From the NCBI GenBank assembly GCA_022510705.1, contig JAFLSX010000001.1, positions 13,736-77,735 on the forward strand: a stretch of 64,000 bases of DNA, given 5' to 3'. Origin of the DNA: Lachnospiraceae bacterium. Its GTDB lineage: Bacteria; Bacillota; Clostridia; Lachnospirales; Lachnospiraceae. A program made the position numbers and the translations under genes. Positions 37,997 to 47,434 of the stretch are shown here, in pieces (the stretch's first letter is position 1; every line of letters starts with the position of its first letter). Under the pieces are notes generated by a model. It made no database searches. It worked only from the letters and a program-made list of their open reading frames with translations, and was not told the origin of the DNA.

Positions 37997-39234
37997 GAGT
38001 TTACTCCTTTATTATCAGCTAACAGCACACGCAGTGGTCTGTTGACTCTTTTTCTTGTAATCTCTACCAGACCCAAGGGAGTCATGTCCACAACGTCCGT
38101 ACGGATAGAATCCCGGGCAGTAAATGTCTTTAAATAGTTTAATAATTCCCGGTTATGGACAGGATCTTTCATATTGATAAAATCCACAAGAATAATGCCG
38201 GAGAGGTTTCGAAGCCGCAGTTGTCTGGCAACTTCTTCGGCCGCTTCTTTATTGATTCGAAAGAAAGTGTCTTCACTGTTTATGCCGGCATCATATTTGC
38301 CGGTATTTACATCAATTGCGGTGAGCGCTTCCGTAGGCTCGATCACAAGATATGCCCCGCTTCTAAGCCATACTCGTTCCTCTATGGCCGATTGCAGTAA
38401 AGTAGAGACGCTGTATAGCTTGGCAAGGGGATAATCATCCTCATAAAGCCGTATGCACGGATGAGCCGGCAGATTTTCACGCTCCTGCACCAATACCCGG
38501 TAAATATCCGGGCAGTCCGTTACTATCTCATCATATTCCTCAGTATTATAATCCTTCAAATCTGCTATAAAGGGTTCTTCTTTTTTATGCAGACAGGTAA
38601 AGCAGGTGCGGTATGAAGCCTCTTTGCATATTTTAAAAAGCTGCTTTGTCAAGTCTTCCCATTCTTTTAGCAGAGGTGTCAGATCATCCAGATTACCCGC
38701 ATTGGTCCTTACTACCATGCCATAATGTCCCCAGACTTCTTTTTCCGGCTGTACACATTCTCTTTCCGGAGAACAGAGACCGTGTTTGATTAAAAAAGAA
38801 ATGAGTTCTTTTCGTTTCTTTTCAGGAAGTTTTACGGAAACGCCAAGGTGGGAGTTTTCTCTGGAAATTGCCAGATAATTCCCGGCAATGGAAAGATTAG
38901 TCGTCAGTGATGGTTGTTTGTTCTTAATACCATCCCTGGCTACTTGTACTACCAATTCATCGCCCCCGCGCAGATTACCGTCAAACTCCCTGTTTAAAAC
39001 CAGAGGATCTTTTAATTCGCTTAAAGGTAGAAATGCAAGCTGATTATTGCCAATTTCTACAAAAGCAGCCTGTATGTTTTTTATGATACGCTGTACTTTT
39101 CCGATATAGATATTTCCTACAAGAGAAACTGCATCTTCATCATAGACACCTACTGACAACAGACGTCCGTTTTGTATTAAAAGACCCAGGAGCCTTTGTT
39201 TATAGCGCAGATATAATATTTTTCCCTTATTCAT
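37993..39234 (-). CDS. rng: Ribonuclease E/G family protein
   Basis: S1 domain GNIYIGKV..AAFVEIG, IDVNTG, RLRNLSGIILVDFINM, LGLVEITRKR. Confidence 0.9.
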   Translation of the reverse strand: MNKGKILYLRYKQRLLGLLIQNGRLLSVGVYDEDAVSLVGNIYIGKVQRIIKNIQAAFVEIGNNQLAFLPLSELKDPLVLNREFDGNLRGGDELVVQVARDGIKNKQPSLTTNLSIAGNYLAISRENSHLGVSVKLPEKKRKELISFLIKHGLCSPERECVQPEKEVWGHYGMVVRTNAGNLDDLTPLLKEWEDLTKQLFKICKEASYRTCFTCLHKKEEPFIADLKDYNTEEYDEIVTDCPDIYRVLVQERENLPAHPCIRLYEDDYPLAKLYSVSTLLQSAIEERVWLRSGAYLVIEPTEALTAIDVNTGKYDAGINSEDTFFRINKEAAEEVARQLRLRNLSGIILVDFINMKDPVHNRELLNYLKTFTARDSIRTDVVDMTPLGLVEITRKRVNRPLRVLLADNKGVNS

Positions 39235-39967
39235 AGCCTGCCTCGCTGTCTGTTGCTGCTATAGCCTCGCTTTCCATACCGATTTCATCCAAAGGTACCA
39301 ATTGTCTATTTTCTTCTGTGCCGATATTCATATAGGTTTCTTCTCTGGTAATAAGAAGCGCATTTTCTTTTAACTGTTCCCCGTGCATATCTAAAAAAGC
39401 CTCCAATACTAAGGACGGTTTTATATTCTCTGCACTGCCTGTCCGTAACAGCATATAGATGGCATCCTGACATAGCCTGAGTTCATAGATACCCGGCTTT
39501 AAGTCCATATCCAGAGTACTCTTTTTTGTTTCTTTGGTAATAGGAATGGACTCTTGTAAATAAAACCGGGGCAGGCAGCTTTTCCAATCAAAATCGGGTT
39601 CTCTGCCCGCTCTGAAACGCACGGTATAGGAAGCCGCTGCTACGCTGGCCATAGCATTTTTTGTATGCTCCGGAAGTACTTTTGCAGAAAGAATCTCAAT
39701 ACCTTCTACACTGGCTGCATTCAGTCTCTCCACGGTTTCCTTACTGCCTAAAAAGCTGTTTACCTCCATATCCATATATTCTCCGTTGCTTTCCTGTCCC
39801 AATCCCAAAGGTGCTGCAAAGGACATGATCTGATGGGGGGAAAATCCTGTGGAATAAGCTACATCAATGCCAGCTCTACGCACAGCCTTTTGAAAAAAAC
39901 GCTGTACATCCAGATGACCGATAAACTTCAGATTCCCATATTTTCTAAATTTAATTCTGATTTTCAT
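39227..39967 (-). CDS. TIGR03936-type radical SAM-associated protein (DUF2344)
   Basis: F.K.G...FIGHLD, YSTGFSPH..SFA.PL.LG.ES.GEY.D; follows the radical SAM gene. Confidence 0.88.
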   Translation of the reverse strand: MKIRIKFRKYGNLKFIGHLDVQRFFQKAVRRAGIDVAYSTGFSPHQIMSFAAPLGLGQESNGEYMDMEVNSFLGSKETVERLNAASVEGIEILSAKVLPEHTKNAMASVAAASYTVRFRAGREPDFDWKSCLPRFYLQESIPITKETKKSTLDMDLKPGIYELRLCQDAIYMLLRTGSAENIKPSLVLEAFLDMHGEQLKENALLITREETYMNIGTEENRQLVPLDEIGMESEAIAATDSEAGYE

Positions 39968-41822
39968 AGCATATACCTCCGCCAAATCGGGCGGCTCCAC
40001 AGCCCTGACACTCCTTCCGGCAGTTATTACTGATTTCTTCCCGCTGTGCCTTTTGCCATTCTCTCTTTAAAAAATCTTTGGATACACCGCAGTCAATAAA
40101 GTCCCAAGGGAAAATTTCGTCCAAGCTTCGCTCTCTTGAGGTATAAAAATCAGGATCTATACCACACTCTTTAAATGCCTGCATCCACTTTTCATTGTCA
40201 AAATATTCGCTCCAGGCATCGAAAATGGCACCTTTCTCATAGACCTTTAATAATACCGGTGCTATTTTTCTGTCCCCCCTGGCCAAAACACCCTCCAATA
40301 CGGAGGTATCCGCTTCATGCCAGTTATATTTGATACTCTTTTGGTTTAGCTGTTCCATAATAGCCTTTTTAGTTGTATAGGCCCTGTCCAAAAACTCATC
40401 CTTTGTACACTGAGAGGCCCACTGGAACGGTGTAAAAGGTTTGGGAACAAAGAAGGAGGTGCTGGCCACAATCTGCACTCTGCCGTTGATTCGCTTCTCC
40501 TTGGGTACCAGATCATAGAAAGTTGCTGCAACTTTATTGGAAAGTTCCGCAATTCCCCTGATATCCGCTTCTGTCTCGGTGGGAAGTCCCAGCATAAAAT
40601 ATAGCTTGACCCTTGTCCAACCGCCTTCAAAGGCCAGTGCTGCACCGCCCAGAATATCCTCTTCAGTCAGCCCCTTATTGATCACATTCCGCAGTCTCTG
40701 ACTACCGGCCTCCGGAGCAAAAGTAAGGCTTGACTTCTTCACATCCTGTACCTTGCTCATAACATCCAACGAGAAAGCGTCAATCCTCAGGGACGGTAAG
40801 GATATATTAACATGATTTTTGCTGCAGTCCTCAATGAGATAATCTATCAGCTCCGGCAGTTTGGTATGATCGCTGGAACTTAAGGAACTTAAAGAGATTT
40901 CCTCCTGTCCAGTATTTCTTAACATTTCCTGTGCATATTGTTTCAGAGTTTGAACATCCCGCTCCCGCACCGGACGGTAAATCTGTCCGGCCTGACAAAA
41001 GCGGCAGCCTCGCATACAGCCTCGCATAATCTCCAAAACAACTCTATCCTGGGTAATCTTCATAAAAGGAACCAAAGGCTTCAAAGGATAGGGGGCATCG
41101 GAAATTTTCATTTCTACTTCTTTTACAATAGTTGCCGGAATGCCCTCTTCAAGAGGTGTAAACGCAGCAATGGTACCGTCCTCATTATAAGAAGCCTCAT
41201 AGAAAGAAGGTACATAAATACCGGGAATTTGTGCGGCCCGTCTTAAGAATTCTTTTCTTCCTACACCTTCTGTCTTACATTTGCGATACAGGTAGATTAA
41301 TTCTTCATTCTGGGTTTCACCCTCTCCGATATAAAACAGATCAAAAAAATCTGCTATGGGTTCCGGATTGTAAGTACAGGGACCACCACCTACCACAATG
41401 GGCATGTCCTCTCCTCTCCCAGCTGCTAACAGGGGAATGCCGGATAGATCCAAGACCTGCAGAATATTGGTATAGCACATCTCATACTGAATGGTAATAT
41501 CCAAAAAGTCAAAATCCTTTATCGGGTCTTGAGATTCTAACGCAAAGAGAGGAATCTTCTCTTTACGTAAAATAGCATCCAAATCTATCCAAGGGGAATA
41601 AACTCTTTCACACCAAACGCCTTCCATCCGATTAAACATATCATAGAGAATCTGAATCCCCAGATGGGACATACCGATTTCATATACGTCAGGAAAGCAA
41701 AAGGCTATCCGTACATCCACCTCTTCTTTTCTCTTTATCACAGAGTTGACCTCTCCGCCAATATAACGGGCGGGTTTTTCGATCTTTAATAAGATATCAT
41801 CCGAAAGTGCAAGTTTACTCAT
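39951..41822 (-). CDS. TIGR03960-type B12-binding radical SAM protein
   Basis: KPARYIGGEVN, FPDVYEIGMSHLG, CMRGCRFC, SLPSLR, TFAPEAG, C-terminal Cys cluster. Confidence 0.9.
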   Translation of the reverse strand: MSKLALSDDILLKIEKPARYIGGEVNSVIKRKEEVDVRIAFCFPDVYEIGMSHLGIQILYDMFNRMEGVWCERVYSPWIDLDAILRKEKIPLFALESQDPIKDFDFLDITIQYEMCYTNILQVLDLSGIPLLAAGRGEDMPIVVGGGPCTYNPEPIADFFDLFYIGEGETQNEELIYLYRKCKTEGVGRKEFLRRAAQIPGIYVPSFYEASYNEDGTIAAFTPLEEGIPATIVKEVEMKISDAPYPLKPLVPFMKITQDRVVLEIMRGCMRGCRFCQAGQIYRPVRERDVQTLKQYAQEMLRNTGQEEISLSSLSSSDHTKLPELIDYLIEDCSKNHVNISLPSLRIDAFSLDVMSKVQDVKKSSLTFAPEAGSQRLRNVINKGLTEEDILGGAALAFEGGWTRVKLYFMLGLPTETEADIRGIAELSNKVAATFYDLVPKEKRINGRVQIVASTSFFVPKPFTPFQWASQCTKDEFLDRAYTTKKAIMEQLNQKSIKYNWHEADTSVLEGVLARGDRKIAPVLLKVYEKGAIFDAWSEYFDNEKWMQAFKECGIDPDFYTSRERSLDEIFPWDFIDCGVSKDFLKREWQKAQREEISNNCRKECQGCGAARFGGGICYENQN

Positions 41823-41830
41823 AAATTCTC

Positions 41831-42223
41831 TCATTTCTCATTTTCTGTATATACTAGACCATCTAAAGTATACGTGATTTTTTCAATAAAAGCAAATGCA
41901 TTCGAGGAGTAATTTTCCCCTATATAAGTAAATATCTTTCCGGAATTAAGAGAAAGCCATTCTCCTCCGGTATAATCCAAGATCACATAGACAGAAAACA
42001 ATATAACGGCAAGCAAAGCACGTATCCCTAGCGTCGAAGCCTTCCTCTTACTGTTTGGATGCGTTGAATCCGTCATATCATCATCCATATCAAAGATACT
42101 ATTGTCATATTTTCCACCGTAGAGAATATGCTGTTGCTGCCTTAAACTATTGCGATTTCTACTGTTTGCTTCTCTAATACTGCGAATTAATTCCAGTTTT
42201 TTCTCTATTGAAATATCACTCAC
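41831..42223 (-). CDS. Hypothetical single-TM protein, probably sporulation-associated
   Basis: GTG start after RBS aaagga; one TM; sigmaE-type promoter upstream. Confidence 0.65.
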   Translation of the reverse strand: MSDISIEKKLELIRSIREANSRNRNSLRQQQHILYGGKYDNSIFDMDDDMTDSTHPNSKRKASTLGIRALLAVILFSVYVILDYTGGEWLSLNSGKIFTYIGENYSSNAFAFIEKITYTLDGLVYTENEK

Positions 42224-42240
42224 TGCACTTTTCCTTTCAT

Positions 42241-42287
42241 AAAAAAGGCAAGAAGTATACATAATTATTTTATGTCGACTTCCTGCC
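42241..42287 (-). terminator. Intrinsic terminator downstream of the his operon
   Basis: Minus strand GGCAGGAAGT..ACATAA...TTATGT..ACTTCTTGCC-TTTTTT. Confidence 0.75.
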
Positions 42288-42301
42288 GTTCTTCTTACTT
42301 T

Positions 42302-42330
42302 ATTGTATGAAAGATATACTTTGGATATGC
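42302..42330 (-). promoter_or_regulatory. SigmaE-type (mother-cell) promoter
   Basis: Minus strand GCATATC-14 bp-CATACAAT. Confidence 0.65.
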
Positions 42331-42333
42331 TTT

Positions 42334-43620
42334 CTAACGTCTGGCAAGCTCTTCGGTAATATCTGTCCAGCTTACCTCTTTTTCTGCCATCAAAACCATC
42401 ATGTGGTATAAAAAGTCAGCCATCTCATATTTAATCTCATTGGCATTGGGATTTTTCGCTGCAATGACAATTTCTGTAGCTTCTTCTCCTAGCTTCTTCA
42501 GAATTTTATCAACACCTTTATCAAAGAGATAATTGGTATAGGATCCCTCTTTTGGGTGTAGCTTGCGGTCCTGAATCACGCTAAATACTTCTTCAAATAC
42601 TTTTAATGGATTGGCGCCCTCTACATAATCTTTCTTAACCACTTCATTGAAAAAGCAGGATCTTGCTCCGGTATGACAGGCAACGCCTACCTGGGAGACC
42701 CGTGCCAAAAGTGTATCTAAATCACAATCTGCATGCAGAGCTTTTACATACTGAAAATGTCCGCTGGTCTCTCCTTTAAGCCACTGTTCTTTTCTGCTGC
42801 GGCTGTAATAATGCATCTTACCTGTGCGTAAAGTGGCCTCATAAGCTTCTTCATTCATATAAGCTACCATCAGTACTTCTAAAGTAATGTAGTCCTGTAC
42901 TACTACCGGCAGCAATCCATCTCCGGAGAGCTTGAAATCACTCCATTTATATGCTGCTTCCAGCCTTTCTACCTGAATGCCGTTTTCTCTGCAGATATCC
43001 TTTAAATTCAGAATTTCCTTCACATTGTCATTGACAGTATTTCCCGTAATGCCTGCTACATTGTCATGGGAAAAAATTTCTAAAAGCTTATTTAAGGCCA
43101 GCTGATTGATCTGTACGATCATGGGAAGCTCGGTCAGAGCCGCTGTTTCCCTGATTCTATGTGCATTCATAAGCAACAGCCCGGAAATGTATTTTTCCGT
43201 CTGTTTTAGGTGTCTTGCAATGACCTGTTCATCATTATAAGCAGCAAGCAGCTTTTCTTTTCCAAATTTCAGGGAAACTTCTTCCGTCAGCGCTACATTT
43301 TCAGGTTTATCGTAGTCCAAAATAGCCTTTTTGCATCCTGCATACAGTAGCTTTTTCACATCCTCCATTCGGTGTATATTGCCGGCACCGAACACATCTA
43401 CTTCAACGGCTGCACAAATCTCTTTAATAATATCCAGAGCCTCTTCATGACCTTCGTCACCCTCGGACATATCAAACAGAATCAATTCATCTATGTTGTT
43501 TTCGCTGTAAAATCGCGCCAGACGTATGGGATCAGTATCCACAATGGTCGTATCCTGCAGGCTTTTCACCGCATGAGTATGGTACAGATAAATACAGGCT
43601 ATAAATTTTTTGCTATACAT
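42334..43620 (-). CDS. hisIE: HisIE (PR-AMP cyclohydrolase / PR-ATP pyrophosphatase) with an N-terminal degenerate HisF/HisA-like barrel
   Basis: [43 protein letters not shown]; N-terminal DPIRLA, DELILFD, GAGNI. Confidence 0.9.
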   Translation of the reverse strand: MYSKKFIACIYLYHTHAVKSLQDTTIVDTDPIRLARFYSENNIDELILFDMSEGDEGHEEALDIIKEICAAVEVDVFGAGNIHRMEDVKKLLYAGCKKAILDYDKPENVALTEEVSLKFGKEKLLAAYNDEQVIARHLKQTEKYISGLLLMNAHRIRETAALTELPMIVQINQLALNKLLEIFSHDNVAGITGNTVNDNVKEILNLKDICRENGIQVERLEAAYKWSDFKLSGDGLLPVVVQDYITLEVLMVAYMNEEAYEATLRTGKMHYYSRSRKEQWLKGETSGHFQYVKALHADCDLDTLLARVSQVGVACHTGARSCFFNEVVKKDYVEGANPLKVFEEVFSVIQDRKLHPKEGSYTNYLFDKGVDKILKKLGEEATEIVIAAKNPNANEIKYEMADFLYHMMVLMAEKEVSWTDITEELARR

Positions 43621-43644
43621 AATTTCTCCTTATTGTATAAATCT

Positions 43645-44232
43645 TTAAAGTAGGCCTTTTGTACTCAGAACATCGGTAATACGTGCATCCAGAGAAGACG
43701 CCTCGTCCAGTGCTTTGGAAAAGGCCTTGAACATGGATTCAGCCATATGGTGATTATTTATACCGGAAAGCATCTTGATATGCAGATTCATTGCCCCGCT
43801 ATAAGAAACTGCATAAAAGAATTCCCGGATCAGTTCTGTATCCAGTTCTCCCAGCCGTTCTGCTGTAAAATCACATTCATAACGAAAATAAGGCCGTCCG
43901 CAAAGATCTATGACGCAATAACAGAGTGCATCATCCATGGGCAGAATAAAGGAACCATAACGTTTAATGCCCTTCTTATCTCCTAATGCCTCTTTAATAG
44001 CGGTTCCCAACACAATGCCCAAATCCTCCACAGTATGATGACCGTCCACATTCAAATCACCTTTGACGGCACAGGAAAGGTCAAAAAAACCGTGTCTGGC
44101 AAATCCCTCCAGCATATGATCTAAAAAGCCGATGCCCGTATCAATCTGATAAATACCGGTACCGTCCAGATTCAAATTCAATATGATATCGGTCTCTTTT
44201 GTTTTACGTTTTATCTCACTATTACGTGCCAT
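43645..44232 (-). CDS. hisB: Imidazoleglycerol-phosphate dehydratase
   Basis: TGIGFLDHML, DGHHTVED, PMDD, NNHHMAE. Confidence 0.97.
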   Translation of the reverse strand: MARNSEIKRKTKETDIILNLNLDGTGIYQIDTGIGFLDHMLEGFARHGFFDLSCAVKGDLNVDGHHTVEDLGIVLGTAIKEALGDKKGIKRYGSFILPMDDALCYCVIDLCGRPYFRYECDFTAERLGELDTELIREFFYAVSYSGAMNLHIKMLSGINNHHMAESMFKAFSKALDEASSLDARITDVLSTKGLL

Positions 44233-44233
44233 A

Positions 44234-45529
44234 TTAGCTCCTTTCAAATCTGACTGCAATAGAATTTGCATGAGCAGTTAGTCCTTCACTTTTTGCAAAG
44301 GCTTCAATATCTTTATGAACCTTTTCTAAAGCCTCTTCTGAATACGAAATAATACTGGTTTTCTTCATAAAGTCATCCACATTTAAAGGTGAGAAAAACT
44401 TGGCAGTACCGTTGGTGGGTAAAATATGATTAGGGCCTGCAAAATAATCACCTAAAGGTTCTGAGGAATACTCACCTAAGAAGATTGCTCCGGCATTCTT
44501 GATTTTTGTCATGACTTCAAAAGGATTCTTCATTAAAATTTCTAAATGTTCAGAAGCAATTTCATTGGCGGCATCCACAGCATCAGAAAGTGTTTCAGCC
44601 ACCAGAATGTATCCGTAATTCTCCAGTGATTTACTGATGATCTCTCTTCTGGACAACTTTTCTAAAAAGCCCTCAACTTCAGCGTTAACCTGCTCTGCCA
44701 GTTTCTCTGAAGTTGTGATCAAAATTGCACTGGCCAGTTCATCATGCTCTGCCTGCGAAAGCAAATCCGCTGCCACATAGCGGGGATTTGCGGTTTCATC
44801 CGCCAGTACAAGAATTTCACTGGGACCTGCCACGGAATCGATACTAACATGTCCATATACCGCTTTTTTTGCCAGTGCAACAAAAATATTACCCGGACCG
44901 GTAATCTTATCCACTTTGGGAATAGATGCAGTTCCAAAGGCCATAGCCGCAATTGCCTGTGCACCCCCTACTTTAAAGATTAAATCTGCTCCGGCAATAT
45001 CGGCTGCAACCAAAGTCGAGGGATTTACTTTTCCTTCGTTGTTACAGGGGGTTGTCATAATGATTTTTTCTACGCCTGCTACTTTTGCCGGAATAATATT
45101 CATCAATACACTGCTGGGATAAGCAGCCTTTCCTCCCGGAACATAGACTCCGGCTTTAGAAATCGGTGTCATACGCTGGCCTAAAATACTGCCATCCGGT
45201 TTCATATCCATCCAACTGTTGCGCAGCTGTTTTGCATGAAATGTTCGGATATTTTCTGCTGATTTTCTGTATACTTCAATGAGTCCGGGATCTACGGAAT
45301 TATATGCATCTTCAATTTCTGCCTTAGTAACTCTAATATTTTCAGCGTTTTGACTGAATCGGTCAAACTGTTCCGTGTACGCAAATACCGCTTCATCCCC
45401 CTTCTCCTTTACATTTTCTATGATTTCAGCAACCTTTGCTTCATAGCTTCCGTAATTGGAAGGACTTCTTTTTAATAGATCATTTAATATATTATTTTTT
45501 GTGTCTTCGGTTAATTTTATGATTTTCAT
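44234..45529 (-). CDS. hisD: Histidinol dehydrogenase
   Basis: YVPGG, GGAQAI, GPGN, AGPSE, QAEHD, EHLE, GPNHILPT. Confidence 0.97.
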   Translation of the reverse strand: MKIIKLTEDTKNNILNDLLKRSPSNYGSYEAKVAEIIENVKEKGDEAVFAYTEQFDRFSQNAENIRVTKAEIEDAYNSVDPGLIEVYRKSAENIRTFHAKQLRNSWMDMKPDGSILGQRMTPISKAGVYVPGGKAAYPSSVLMNIIPAKVAGVEKIIMTTPCNNEGKVNPSTLVAADIAGADLIFKVGGAQAIAAMAFGTASIPKVDKITGPGNIFVALAKKAVYGHVSIDSVAGPSEILVLADETANPRYVAADLLSQAEHDELASAILITTSEKLAEQVNAEVEGFLEKLSRREIISKSLENYGYILVAETLSDAVDAANEIASEHLEILMKNPFEVMTKIKNAGAIFLGEYSSEPLGDYFAGPNHILPTNGTAKFFSPLNVDDFMKKTSIISYSEEALEKVHKDIEAFAKSEGLTAHANSIAVRFERS

Positions 45530-45555
45530 AAGATGCCTTTCTTTCCTATATCATT

Positions 45556-46212
45556 TTAAACCTTATCCTTCAAAACAGCTCTCAAGTCCGATAACAATTT
45601 GCCAATACGTTCCTTTTCCATCTGCATACTTACCTGATTGACGATAAGGCGCGCGGACAAAGGACAGATTTCTTCCAGTACCTGAAGTCCGTTCTCTTTT
45701 AAGGTAGAACCTGTTTCTACGATATCCACAATTACATCGGAAAGCTCTACAAGAGGCCCCAGTTCTACGGAACCGTTCAGTTTGATAATATCTACGGTCT
45801 GATGCTTTTTATTATAAAAATAATCCTTTGCAATATTAGGATATTTACTTGCTACCCGAATCCGTTCATGATGTTGTAAAAGCTCTCTTGCACTCTCCGG
45901 TCCGCACACACACATTCTGCATTTTCCAAATCCCAGATCCAGTACTTCGTAAACTCTTCTGTCTTCCTCTAAAATGGTATCCTTGCCAACTACGCCGATA
46001 TCTGCAGCTCCGTACTCCACATATGTGGGAACATCCGGGCCTTTGGATAAAAAGAATCTCATTTTTAATTCTTCATTGACAAAGATTAACTTCCTGGAAT
46101 CTTTATCCTTGATTTCCTCACAAGTGATACCAATCTGCTCTAACAGTTCCAGTGTTTTATTTGCCAGCCGACCTTTTCCCAAGGCAAAGGTTAAATATCT
46201 GTCCGTACTCAT
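45556..46212 (-). CDS. hisG: ATP phosphoribosyltransferase, short form
   Basis: KGRL, DVPTYVEYG, GSVELGP, DIVETGSTL. Confidence 0.97.
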   Translation of the reverse strand: MSTDRYLTFALGKGRLANKTLELLEQIGITCEEIKDKDSRKLIFVNEELKMRFFLSKGPDVPTYVEYGAADIGVVGKDTILEEDRRVYEVLDLGFGKCRMCVCGPESARELLQHHERIRVASKYPNIAKDYFYNKKHQTVDIIKLNGSVELGPLVELSDVIVDIVETGSTLKENGLQVLEEICPLSARLIVNQVSMQMEKERIGKLLSDLRAVLKDKV

Positions 46213-47339
46213 GCCTGTGGCTCCTTTCTACGCATCTCCACGGCTCTTCCGCCGCTTCGCAATGCCTGTGCCTCCTTTAATACTTCGGCATAATCCTCAT
46301 CCGTATAGATAAGAATCTGCTTTCCCTCAGGCAGGGGCACTTGTACTTTCTGTCTGGAAAGTGCTTCCAAAATATCATCTACTACTGCCACAAAGCCCAC
46401 AGCCGGAGTTTCCTTTCCAAAATGGGAAAGCAGGGAATCATAACGGCCGCCCTTAGCAATGGCATCTCCGATACCGTAGGTGTATGCCTTGAAAATAATA
46501 CCTGTATAATATCGATATTTGCTTAACATGCCTAAATCAAAGGAGATATATTTTTCATTGCCGTATAATTTCAATACTTCGAAGAGTCTCTCCAAGCGTG
46601 TAATTGCATTTATCGCACGGGCATTGCGGATATTTTTTCCTGCCTTCTTTACCACATCAATACTTCCAAACAAATTAGTAGTATTTAAAAGCAAGTTACA
46701 ATACTCGTCTGAAACCCCGACTTCCTGCAGTAGATTTTCTGCAGCATAATAATTTTTAGCGGAGATATACTCCCGCAGATGCAATTCGGTTTCTTCATCC
46801 AGTCCAGCTTCTTCACAAATACCTTTGAAATATTCCACTTGACCGATGCTGACTTGAAAATGTTCCAGTCCTGTATTTAATAGGCATTCTATGACTAAAT
46901 TTACCATTTCCGCATCGGCTTCCACACTGCCGTCACCGATGAGTTCTCCTCCGGTTTGCGTTACCTCTTTTAGCTTACCCTGCAGATTGGAAGTATTGAT
47001 AAAAGTATTTCCCATATAGCAGCAACGGACCGGAACCGATTCTTCACAAAAATACTTGGCTGCACATCTGGCAATGGACGGCGTAAAATCCGGTCTGAGC
47101 ACCAAGGTATTGCCTTCTTTATCAAAGAATTTATATAAATCCTTGGAGGCAGTGGTTCCGATTTCTTTGGAAAAAACATCAAAAAATTCAAAAGTCGGTG
47201 TCTGTATGTCTTCGTAACCGTAGGAAACCAGTTTGCTTCGAAGGCTCTCCTCTACAAACAGCTTTCTTGCATATTCTTTTCCATAAATATCTCTGACTCC
47301 TTCAGGTGTATGTAATAATATCTGATTCATATATTTCAT
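46209..47339 (-). CDS. hisZ: ATP phosphoribosyltransferase regulatory subunit
   Basis: PEGVRD, TPTFE, LRPDFT, YYTGIIF, GGRYD; next to short hisG. Confidence 0.95.
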   Translation of the reverse strand: MKYMNQILLHTPEGVRDIYGKEYARKLFVEESLRSKLVSYGYEDIQTPTFEFFDVFSKEIGTTASKDLYKFFDKEGNTLVLRPDFTPSIARCAAKYFCEESVPVRCCYMGNTFINTSNLQGKLKEVTQTGGELIGDGSVEADAEMVNLVIECLLNTGLEHFQVSIGQVEYFKGICEEAGLDEETELHLREYISAKNYYAAENLLQEVGVSDEYCNLLLNTTNLFGSIDVVKKAGKNIRNARAINAITRLERLFEVLKLYGNEKYISFDLGMLSKYRYYTGIIFKAYTYGIGDAIAKGGRYDSLLSHFGKETPAVGFVAVVDDILEALSRQKVQVPLPEGKQILIYTDEDYAEVLKEAQALRSGGRAVEMRRKEPQA

Positions 47340-47346
47340 TCCCTTT

Positions 47347-47366
47347 CACTTTAACGCTTTAACGCA
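47347..47366. promoter_or_regulatory. Candidate HisR (TrpR/YerC family) operator
   Basis: CACTTTA-N6-TAACGCA containing tandem CTTTAACG x2, next to the hisZ RBS. Confidence 0.5.
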
Positions 47367-47403
47367 TTACCTAATTATCGAATTAGCATATAAAATTATA
47401 TGT

Positions 47404-47432
47404 AGTATACTGAAACTGCAGCCATTTGTCAA
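47404..47432 (-). promoter_or_regulatory. Sigma-A promoter of the his operon
   Basis: Minus strand TTGACA (47427-47432), 17 bp, TATACT (47404-47409). Confidence 0.8.
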
Positions 47433-47434
47433 GC

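Noticed and set aside
47340-47434. T-box or leader-peptide attenuator for the his operon
   Set aside because: The leader is too short, with no T-box motif, His-codon run or terminator.
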